Below, in pieces: positions 57,010 to 64,000 of a stretch of DNA of 64,000 nucleotides. The stretch spans positions 7,206 through 71,205 of the forward strand of contig JABHLH010000013.1 of the NCBI GenBank assembly GCA_018692925.1, in the 5' to 3' direction. Position 1 is the first letter of the stretch. Each line of letters starts with the position of its first letter. Under the pieces are notes generated by a model. It did not search any database and was not told the origin of the DNA. It worked only from the letters and a program-made list of their open reading frames with translations. A program made the translations under genes and the position numbers. Source of the DNA: an archaeon (GTDB lineage Archaea > Nanobdellota > Nanobdellia > SCGC-AAA011-G17 > GW2011-AR17).

Positions 57010-58089
57010 ATGGAATTTTTACTACAAGACGCTTTAGCGAATCTACAGGAAAACCAGACACAAACACCAGCAACAGAAATTGGCCAAGCAAATATTAAAG
57101 TAATTGGCTGTGGTGGAGGCGGAGGAAACGTCGCAAATTGGCTCTATAAAAAAGGAGTACAAGGAGCAGAAATCATTGTTATGAATACTGATAAACAGCA
57201 TCTAGATATGATAGAAGCTGATAAAAAAATGTTAATTGGAAGAGACCTTACCAGAGGTCTTGGATGTGGAGGATTTCCACAAAAAGGTGCAGAAGCTGCA
57301 AAAGAACAAATGTCTGAAATTAAAAAAAGTTTAAAAAATTCTGACATGGTTTTCATCACTGCTGGAATGGGTGGAGGAACTGGAACAGGTTCAGCTCCAG
57401 TTGTAGCTCAGGTTGCAAAAGAAGAAGGAGCTATAGTTATTGGTTCTGTTACAATGCCTTTTTCAATTGAAAGAGCAAGAATTGATAAAGCTGAATATGG
57501 TTTACAACAATTAAGAAATGTTTGTGATACAGTTATTGTAATTGACAACAACAGACTGGTAGAAATTGCAGGAAACTTACCAGTTCAACAAGCTTTTGCA
57601 GTTGCTAATGAATTAGTATCCACAATGATTAAAGGAATTGTTGAAATCATAGCTGTACCTTCTTTAGTAAACTTAGATTATGCAGACGTAAAAGCAATTA
57701 TGTCTAATGGTGATGTCTCAGTAGTTGGCATTGGAGAATCTAACACAGAAAGAAGAGTTGATGAGGCTGTTCGAAGAGCTCTTGATAATCCACTATTAGA
57801 AGTAAGTTATGAAGGCGCTACAGGTGCTTTAATCCATGTTGCTGGAGGTCCTGATTTAACCTTGGATGAAGTTAATCAAGTTGGTGAAATGATCACTGAA
57901 GCACTTGATTCTGATGCAAATGTTATTTGGGGTGCAAGAATAAATAATGATATGAAAGGCAAGTTAAGAATTATGGCAATCATAACAGGAGTACAGTCCC
58001 CATATATTTTAGGAAAAGCAAGCCACAGAGAAACACAACAAAAAAAACATACAATGTCAAACACTTTAGGAGTAGATTTTTGCAGATAA
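57010..58089 (+). CDS. ftsZ: cell-division protein FtsZ (paralogue 2)
   Basis: [38 protein letters not shown]-terminal LGVDF. Confidence 0.95.
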   Translation: MEFLLQDALANLQENQTQTPATEIGQANIKVIGCGGGGGNVANWLYKKGVQGAEIIVMNTDKQHLDMIEADKKMLIGRDLTRGLGCGGFPQKGAEAAKEQMSEIKKSLKNSDMVFITAGMGGGTGTGSAPVVAQVAKEEGAIVIGSVTMPFSIERARIDKAEYGLQQLRNVCDTVIVIDNNRLVEIAGNLPVQQAFAVANELVSTMIKGIVEIIAVPSLVNLDYADVKAIMSNGDVSVVGIGESNTERRVDEAVRRALDNPLLEVSYEGATGALIHVAGGPDLTLDEVNQVGEMITEALDSDANVIWGARINNDMKGKLRIMAIITGVQSPYILGKASHRETQQKKHTMSNTLGVDFCR

Positions 58090-58135
58090 TAAATTTCTAA
58101 GAGGGTTTACCCCCTAAACCCACACTGCAGCAATC

Positions 58136-58170
58136 GGCTAGTATCTCCCCGGATACTAGCCACTTTTTCC
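58136..58170 (+). terminator. perfect 10-bp hairpin plus T5 tract downstream of ftsZ2
   Basis: ggctagtatc-tccccg-gatactagcc followed by acTTTTTcc. Confidence 0.5.
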
Positions 58171-58216
58171 TTTACTAACCCAAACACTTATATAGAAAAC
58201 TATATTTCTTATTCCC

Positions 58217-58324
58217 ATGAAAGTAGTTAACTGTAGCAGCTGTGGCAAAGAGCTTGAAGTCTACAATACAGAAAACATTCATATACCAAAATACCGGTGC
58301 GACAAGTGCCTTAAAAGAAAATGA
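58217..58324 (+). CDS. 35-aa zinc-ribbon mini-protein (below track cut-off)
   Basis: MKVVNCSSCGKELEVYNTENIHIPKYRCDKCLKRK. TATA-like cTTATATAg at 58188-58195 lies about 26 nt upstream (leaderless). Confidence 0.4.
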   Translation: MKVVNCSSCGKELEVYNTENIHIPKYRCDKCLKRK

Positions 58325-58404
58325 ATTCTTTACTACCCATATTAATTAGTTTAACAAGCATTGCAGTAGTATATTTTATTTTAAAACAATTTAAACTAAA
58401 TTAA
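58321..58404 (+). CDS. 27-aa single-TM micro-ORF (tentative)
   Basis: MNSLLPILISLTSIAVVYFILKQFKLN; ATGA overlap with the Zn-ribbon ORF. Confidence 0.25.
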   Translation: MNSLLPILISLTSIAVVYFILKQFKLN

Positions 58405-58489
58405 TCCTGAAAAAATTTCAGAAATTTCTACTAAAGCTTCTTTAAATGAAATCAATTTTCTCCCATTAACAAAAAAAGGAGATAAAAAA

Positions 58490-58678
58490 ATGGAACTAAA
58501 AACTGTAGAACTAACACCAAAAAAAGTCGAACAATTGAATGAACAGCCAGCACTTGAATCAAATATAAATCTTAGTAAAGATGGAAAATGGTTCATACAC
58601 AAAACAACAATAACAACTATAAAACCTGTAAAATATGTTGATAAGGTTATGGGTTATGTGTTTAATGAGAGCTCTTAA
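58490..58678 (+). CDS. hypothetical protein (62 aa)
   Basis: Preceded by an SD (aaaGGAGAtaaaaaaATG). Confidence 0.4.
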   Translation: MELKTVELTPKKVEQLNEQPALESNINLSKDGKWFIHKTTITTIKPVKYVDKVMGYVFNESS

Positions 58679-58687
58679 GCTCTTATT

Positions 58688-59185
58688 TTATAAAACCATT
58701 TCATACCAAAAATAATCATTTAAATCATGTAATTCATTCCGATAATAGTAAACATCTTCTTTCATTGCCTCAGCAATTTCTCTAGTATCTGACCTAGCAC
58801 GTAAATCAGGAAGATCATAATTATGAGCTGAATAATAAAGATTATACCTATAACTTTTTAATGCTTTATTTACAAAAGTTCTCTCAGAATCCATAGCACC
58901 TATTATTACAAGTTCAAAAAATCCATCTTTATCTTTATCATAACCACCAAACCTTATTTTATCATCACCATTAAAAACAGTTAGACTAATACTATCTTCA
59001 TATTCAGCCCATTGAACTAATTCTTGATTAATATTTCTTTCAATCTTTTGGAGAGGTTTTTCTCCACAATATTCTGGACCATATGCCAAAAAACCAAACC
59101 AAACACAATGAATACCTGCATAAAATGTAAATTTCTTAAGCATTCTTTCAAGTTTACTTTCAAAACTATTTTTCTCAATTTTCAT
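58688..59185 (-). CDS. hypothetical protein with a DxDxDG-like loop
   Basis: GYDKDKDGFFEL; one hydrophobic segment near the N-terminus. Confidence 0.45.
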   Translation of the reverse strand: MKIEKNSFESKLERMLKKFTFYAGIHCVWFGFLAYGPEYCGEKPLQKIERNINQELVQWAEYEDSISLTVFNGDDKIRFGGYDKDKDGFFELVIIGAMDSERTFVNKALKSYRYNLYYSAHNYDLPDLRARSDTREIAEAMKEDVYYYRNELHDLNDYFWYEMVL

Positions 59186-59516
59186 GATTTATTCCCCCCA
59201 TATAATTTGTAAGTAATTCACTCATTTTTTCAACTGAAGCTAACTCTTCAAGAGGACTGCCATTTGGAGCATCCAAAAAAATTCTATCAATTCTATTATC
59301 TCCATTAAAATCTTGTCCAGAAAGACTTTCTTCTATTTCAGAATTTTTTCTATAAATACTAATCCTCCTATCAGAACCTTCTATATCAGAATATAACAAA
59401 GTTACACTATATCCATTTAAATCAGGCATTTCTTCTACTGTATTTAAACCTACACACCCTGTTGCACAAGCTAATGCAACAATCCCTAAACTTGTATATT
59501 TTTTTAGTTCATTCAT
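59175..59516 (-). CDS. putative lipoprotein with an FG-GAP/Ca-binding-like loop
   Basis: LGIVALACATG|CVG; DFNGDNRIDRIF. Confidence 0.5.
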   Translation of the reverse strand: MNELKKYTSLGIVALACATGCVGLNTVEEMPDLNGYSVTLLYSDIEGSDRRISIYRKNSEIEESLSGQDFNGDNRIDRIFLDAPNGSPLEELASVEKMSELLTNYMGGINHEN

Positions 59517-59588
59517 TTTTTCTCCTTTACTCTTTCGAGTTACTACTTCGTGATGAACAAAAGTATTTAAATACCAGTAGTCATATAT

Positions 59589-60341
59589 ATGACAACTATG
59601 GAAATAGAAAATTTAGTAGAATTAGGATTTAATAAAAATGAAGCAATAGTTCTCTTAGCCTTACTAAAAGTAGGAAAAAGTGATGCGAACCAAATAATAA
59701 AAGCTACAAAATTTCATAAGAATATAGTTTATGATAACTTAGAAAAACTCATTGACAAGGGCCTTATTACTTTTATCAAAGAAAAGGGAAGAAAGGTATT
59801 TAGTCCAAAACATTCAGATATTCTAAAAAATTATTTTCAAAAAAAAGAAAAAGAACTAAATAAAAAAAGTCAACTTGCAAAAGAAATTTCAAAAGAGATT
59901 ATAAAATTTGAAAAACTAACCCCACAAAAACAAGATGCCTCTATATCTAGAGGAATAAAAGCAATAAAATCCTTTTACCTTAATGATGCATTAAAAGAAA
60001 AAGAATATTACATTTTAGGTGCACCTAAAGAAGGGATAGAAATAATGGGTGAACACTTTTGGAAGAACCATAGGAGAAAAAGAGAAGGGGAAAAAATAAA
60101 AGTAAAAATGATCTTTAACCCTTCAATAAGATCCCATGGTGAAACAGCAAACACTAAGTTCAACAAAATAAAATACTTTGAAAAAGATTTTGAACCCCTA
60201 ACAGAAACTCACATCCAAAAAGGAATAATTGCAATAATAGTATGGACAGATGAACCTTTGCTTTTCAAAATAGAAAATGAACAAGTAGCAGATTCTTATA
60301 AGAAATATTTTGATAAATTATGGAAACAAGCAAAACAATAA
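59589..60341 (+). CDS. TrmB-family transcriptional regulator
   Basis: N-terminal wHTH LVELGFNKNEAIVLLALLKVGKSDANQIIKATKFHKNIVYDNLEKLIDKGLI, plus a C-terminal effector-type domain. Confidence 0.8.
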   Translation: MTTMEIENLVELGFNKNEAIVLLALLKVGKSDANQIIKATKFHKNIVYDNLEKLIDKGLITFIKEKGRKVFSPKHSDILKNYFQKKEKELNKKSQLAKEISKEIIKFEKLTPQKQDASISRGIKAIKSFYLNDALKEKEYYILGAPKEGIEIMGEHFWKNHRRKREGEKIKVKMIFNPSIRSHGETANTKFNKIKYFEKDFEPLTETHIQKGIIAIIVWTDEPLLFKIENEQVADSYKKYFDKLWKQAKQ

Positions 60342-60363
60342 TACCAAAATCCAGAAAGAGCTC

Positions 60364-60816
60364 TTATTCTTCATCTTGCCAAAGTTCTTCTCTTCTTTCA
60401 TTCAATTTTTTAAAAGCAATTTCATCATCTTTATTTGTCACAATTAAAGTTTTCATAAAAGAATATCCAAATACTCCAACATATATATGAGGTTCTAAAA
60501 GAAGTTTTCTAAATTCTGGAGAATCAAGAACATAAGAAAAAATAACACCACCAATAACTATAGGAATAATCTCAGAACATTCTTTTACCAAAATTTCTAA
60601 AAAAGATCCAGATTTTAGAACTTTATTCCAATTATTATTATCACTTTTAAAATCAGTATTCAAATAATCTTTTCTCAACTTATCATCATCAAGATAGTAA
60701 ACAATATCTGTATAATAACCTGAAAAATCAGGTCCTTTTTCAACCCTATAAATTATATCATCCTTTGAAATCTCTGCATTAGTCTGCCTCAATCTCCAAA
60801 ATAAGTCATAAACCAT
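60364..60816 (-). CDS. hypothetical protein (150 aa)
   Basis: Track ORF; one or two hydrophobic helices in the C-terminal half. Confidence 0.45.
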   Translation of the reverse strand: MVYDLFWRLRQTNAEISKDDIIYRVEKGPDFSGYYTDIVYYLDDDKLRKDYLNTDFKSDNNNWNKVLKSGSFLEILVKECSEIIPIVIGGVIFSYVLDSPEFRKLLLEPHIYVGVFGYSFMKTLIVTNKDDEIAFKKLNERREELWQDEE

Positions 60817-60916
60817 AAATATTTCAGAAAATCTATCATATTTAAATATATGTTTCTAAAATAACATTTCTAATCTATGTATATATTTAAATCTCTTATA
60901 TATTAACTATCTCAAG

Positions 60917-61630
60917 ATGGTAGATCAAATTAAAGAGATGGTTCCTGAGCTTGTAGCAAAATACAATTCCGATAAGGAAGACACTTTCAAAAGAATGGTT
61001 CCTATGGTTCTTAAAAAAGGTTTAGAAAACATTAGTCTAGACATGTTCAATGAAGAAATTCAACAAGGAATTTTGAATGCAGTAGCTGAAGAACTGGTTA
61101 AAAAAGGTAGAACAAAAGAAGCAATTGCTGCTTATATGAAAGCTAAAAACAAAGACAAATTGGTAGAAATTGGTGATTCATACAAAAATATGAACATGTT
61201 TTCACACTCTATTGAATGTTACTGGATTGCTGATGCTAAAGACAGATTAATGCAAGTTGGTGAACTTTGTCTAAAAGATGGTCAAATGACTGATGCAATT
61301 AAAGCTTTTCAATTAGTTGAAGATAAAAGCAAACTATTGTTAGTTGGTGATGAATGTCTAAAGAGAGAAAAATATGATAGTGCTATTGAAGTTTTCAAAT
61401 TTTTAAATAATCCTGACAAACTAATTGAAGTTGGAACTGAGTGTATTAAACATGACCATTTAGTTTTAGGTGCAAAAGCATTTGAGTTAGCAAATTCTCC
61501 TGAGAAATTAAACACAATTGGAGACATTTTCTTACACAAAGAACAACTAAACAATGCATATGAAGTTTACAAGTTAGCTGGAAACCACACAATGATCCAG
61601 TTTCTAAGAGACAACTTCAATATGTCTTAA
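60917..61630 (+). CDS. helical-repeat protein (about 30-aa repeats)
   Basis: Recurring unit ...(K/R)L(I/V/M)E/QVG(D/T/E)xCLK...(A/Y)..A(I/F)..F, at least 5 copies (KLVEIGDSY, RLMQVGELCLK, KLLLVGDECLK, KLIEVGTECIK, KLNTIGDIFLH). Confidence 0.55.
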   Translation: MVDQIKEMVPELVAKYNSDKEDTFKRMVPMVLKKGLENISLDMFNEEIQQGILNAVAEELVKKGRTKEAIAAYMKAKNKDKLVEIGDSYKNMNMFSHSIECYWIADAKDRLMQVGELCLKDGQMTDAIKAFQLVEDKSKLLLVGDECLKREKYDSAIEVFKFLNNPDKLIEVGTECIKHDHLVLGAKAFELANSPEKLNTIGDIFLHKEQLNNAYEVYKLAGNHTMIQFLRDNFNMS

Positions 61631-61640
61631 TTTTTTTCTT

Positions 61641-62039
61641 TTAACTTAATCCAATTAGAATTACACCTAAGGTTATTACAATAATACTAATCCATCTTCT
61701 TGCACTAACTTTTTCTTTAAAGAAAAACTTTGAGCTAAAAGCTACTAATACATAACTAAAACTCACCATAGGATAAGCATAACTTAAATCTAAACTTGAA
61801 AGTGTTACCATCCAAAATAATAATGATAAACCATATGAAAAGAATCCTAATACAACTGACCAATTAAAAAATTTCTTAATCAGATCTATAATTTTAGTTT
61901 TAGAGATATTCTCAATACCTGCTTTCTCTACTCCTTGCTTCAAAAACAATTGAGCAATTACACCCAAAGCAATACTTGACAATAATGTTAATTGATATAA
62001 TACCATTTTAAGTTTTTGACAACATATATACCCCCACAA
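61641..62039 (-). CDS. half-size EamA/SMR-like transporter subunit (4 TM)
   Basis: About 120 aa with 4 TM. Paired with and overlapping the upstream paralogue. The true start is probably MVLYQLTLL. Confidence 0.65.
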   Translation of the reverse strand: MWGYICCQKLKMVLYQLTLLSSIALGVIAQLFLKQGVEKAGIENISKTKIIDLIKKFFNWSVVLGFFSYGLSLLFWMVTLSSLDLSYAYPMVSFSYVLVAFSSKFFFKEKVSARRWISIIVITLGVILIGLS

Positions 62040-62400
62040 CTATCACTCCTAATCCTAAAATCCTCAAAACTGAAAGCACTTCATTAAAAAATAACCATGA
62101 TAATACTGAAACTAAAACGTATCCTAAACTCAAAATTGGAAACGCATAACTTAACTCTGCTTTTGACAAAGCTAACAACCAAAAAAATGAACTAGTTACA
62201 AAAAATACAATTCCAAAAAACACAAAGGGATTAAAAACTGCACTAACTAAACTAAAGAAAATATTAAGATTCAAACTAATCTCCCCTAGTGTATTCAAAC
62301 CATGCTTTAACAATAATTGCCCTATATTCACCAAAATAACTGATAATAATACAAGCAGAATTGCAGCACTTTTCCTTTTCATTACAGACAAATTAGTCAA
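62008..62400 (-). CDS. half-size EamA/SMR-like transporter subunit (4 TM)
   Basis: Paralogue of the above: LLKHGL..., ELSYAFPILSLGYVLV versus DLSYAYPMVSFSYVLV. Confidence 0.65.
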   Translation of the reverse strand: MTNLSVMKRKSAAILLVLLSVILVNIGQLLLKHGLNTLGEISLNLNIFFSLVSAVFNPFVFFGIVFFVTSSFFWLLALSKAELSYAFPILSLGYVLVSVLSWLFFNEVLSVLRILGLGVIVVGVYMLSKT

Positions 62401-62434
62401 AATCTTTATAAATTTTTCTAACCCTTAATCATAC

Positions 62435-63328
62435 ATGTCAATTGAACAAACATACAAAGACATCAAATCTTTAAAGATACAAGGTGCTTCAAACATCTCA
62501 GATTCAGCAATCAAAGAGATTAAAATTCTAGTCAAAAATTCAACAGCAAAAAAGCCACATTTGCTTACTGAAGAAATTGAATCAAGTATAGAAAGATTAA
62601 AATCTGCTCGTCCTACAGAACCTGAAACAGAAAATTATCTTAACTACATCAATTACTTTTCAAAAAGAGTTGTTACTCAAAAAATCTCAGAACTAAAAAA
62701 AGAGATTATAAAAGAAATAAATAATATTGAAGAACAAAAAGAAAAATCAACTTTACTAATAATAAAAAATGCACAAAAATTAATTAAAGGAAATCAAAAA
62801 ATTTTCACACATTGTCATTCTACAACTGTTATGGAGATTCTTAAGTTTGCTCACAGATCCAAAAATATCAGAGTTAACAACACTGAAACTAGACCATTAT
62901 TCCAAGGTAGAATTACTGCAAAAGAATTATCTGAAGCAAAAATACCAGTTGAACATTATACAGACACTGCAGCAAGAATTGCAATCAAAGACTCAGACAT
63001 TATCTTAATTGGTGCTGATTCAATTATTCACAATAAAGTTTATAATAAAATAGGTTCAGAAATGATTTCCATAATTGCAAAGAATGAAAAAGTTCCAGTT
63101 TACATTTGTGCTTCTTTAATGAAATTCACAAATCATCGAGAAGAAGTTGAAAATAGACATCCAAATGAGGTTTGGAAAGATGCACCTAAAGGAATTCATA
63201 TAAATAACCCAGCTTTTGAAAAAATTAATTTTAAATACATTAAAGGGATAATTTGTGAAAAAGGGATTCTTAAACCAAAACAATTTGTAAAAGAAGCAAG
63301 AAAAATGTTAAAAAAATTTAGTTTATAA
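62435..63328 (+). CDS. eIF-2B alpha/beta/delta-family protein (aIF-2B subunit / ribose-1,5-bisphosphate isomerase-like)
   Basis: IFTHCHSTTV, NNTETRPLFQGRITAKEL, ILIGADSI. Confidence 0.82.
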   Translation: MSIEQTYKDIKSLKIQGASNISDSAIKEIKILVKNSTAKKPHLLTEEIESSIERLKSARPTEPETENYLNYINYFSKRVVTQKISELKKEIIKEINNIEEQKEKSTLLIIKNAQKLIKGNQKIFTHCHSTTVMEILKFAHRSKNIRVNNTETRPLFQGRITAKELSEAKIPVEHYTDTAARIAIKDSDIILIGADSIIHNKVYNKIGSEMISIIAKNEKVPVYICASLMKFTNHREEVENRHPNEVWKDAPKGIHINNPAFEKINFKYIKGIICEKGILKPKQFVKEARKMLKKFSL

Positions 63329-63997
63329 TCTTGCAACAGCAACAGATTGAGCAGTAAAGCCTAAAGTCTCATGTACACTTGAAAGTTCCCACATCATAAA
63401 TTCATAAGCTTGGGCAACATCTCTAATTCTAGGCCCTGAAAAAGATCTTTTAATATTTCTTCTATCCATCTCATTAACTTGAATTCCCTGTAAATGTATT
63501 CTTGCTAAATGTGCAAATGTAGAAATCTCTTCAACATGATCAATACCTAATTGAGGTAATAGCTCACGATAAACTTTTTTTAATGTTTGAAAAGTATTAT
63601 AACCTTCATCAACTCTATGAATATTTCCTCTAAAACCATGACCTCTAAACCAATTCTCCATAACAATTCCTTGAGTTCCACCAGTTTCTTTAACAAAATC
63701 ATAATCACTACCTTCGCCTTGAGGTGAAGAAATACCAGAAACAATAATATCTTCAATACCATATTCCTCAACTAATTTCAAAGCCCATTCCATCCTTCTT
63801 TCTAATATAGGCCTTGGAGCACCATTTGCTTTTAAAATATAAGGATGTACATTTAATATTTCAGGCACAGCATCAGTATTTTCAGCTTTATATCCAAAAC
63901 TCTGTCTTTGTTCAACTTCACAATCAAAAGAAAAATGATCATAAGAATGTAATTCCATTTTCATTCCTAATTCAAAAAGGTTCACTATTTGATCCAT
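63323..63997 (-). CDS. hypothetical protein, possibly DUF218/YdcF-like
   Basis: ATG at 63995-63997. Region ILERRMEWALKLVEEYGIEDIIVSG...VDEGYNTFQT loosely fits DUF218. Confidence 0.4.
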   Translation of the reverse strand: MDQIVNLFELGMKMELHSYDHFSFDCEVEQRQSFGYKAENTDAVPEILNVHPYILKANGAPRPILERRMEWALKLVEEYGIEDIIVSGISSPQGEGSDYDFVKETGGTQGIVMENWFRGHGFRGNIHRVDEGYNTFQTLKKVYRELLPQLGIDHVEEISTFAHLARIHLQGIQVNEMDRRNIKRSFSGPRIRDVAQAYEFMMWELSSVHETLGFTAQSVAVARL

Positions 63998-64000
63998 ACA

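Noticed and set aside
57010-58089. Second FtsZ considered as CetZ or an other tubulin-family paralogue
   Set aside because: Both copies carry the FtsZ-type GGGTGTG(T/S)AP signature, an NLD(F/Y)AD T7 loop and a C-terminal LG(I/V)(E/D)F peptide. They are treated as the usual archaeal FtsZ1/FtsZ2 pair.
58090-61630. Integrated mobile element or provirus (cluster of small ORFs, ORFans and a TrmB regulator)
   Set aside because: No integrase, transposase, capsid or terminase-like genes, no flanking direct repeats and no tRNA target are visible.

Overview
Visibly AT-rich, very gene-dense chromosomal window (about 95 coding regions, short spacers, many ATGA start/stop overlaps) from an archaeon. It is probably a small-genome DPANN-type lineage; that placement is inference only. 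Archaeal identity rests on aEF-2, aEF-1alpha, aIF-5A, r-proteins S19e/L31e/L39e/L40e/S24e/S27ae/S10, Rpo7+Spt4, Cbf5, Orc1/Cdc6, class I LysRS and GatD. Also present: bacterial-type gyrase (gyrB-gyrA), two FtsZ paralogues, HerA, UppP, UMP kinase, S2P protease, and tRNA-modification genes including bacterial-type SelU and an MnmC-like methyltransferase. I saw no rRNA, tRNA, CRISPR array, transposase or integrase. Several real small genes fall below the ORF-track cut-off and I translated them by hand: L40e, L39e, S27ae, three Zn-ribbon mini-proteins, and an edge-truncated PD-(D/E)XK nuclease at 1-577. Most interesting observations, in order. (1) A minus-strand island of secreted proteins, lipoproteins and adhesins (633-9121) includes a 490-aa protein whose C-terminal half looks like a bacterial outer-membrane beta-barrel, complete with a terminal beta-signal (...KAGVKVNF). 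It sits 10 nt upstream of a 780-aa multi-domain adhesin. (2) A tight four-gene operon next to ftsZ encodes a degenerate J-domain/Ser-Thr kinase, a pyruvate-kinase homologue lacking the C domain, an ORFan and an RlmN-like radical SAM protein. (3) SelU is translationally coupled to a GT2 glycosyltransferase. (4) HerA carries a C-terminal wHTH, faces a stand-alone receiver domain and has no NurA. (5) A 76-aa protein is made almost entirely of Lys repeats. (6) Dph2 lacks its first domain. (7) There are structured non-coding elements: two hairpins with different stems but the identical loop TTGGCG upstream of ftsZ2, a promoter-driven 16-bp hairpin at 41030-41065, and a GC island beside orc1/cdc6. 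All functional calls come from motif recognition by eye; no searches were run.
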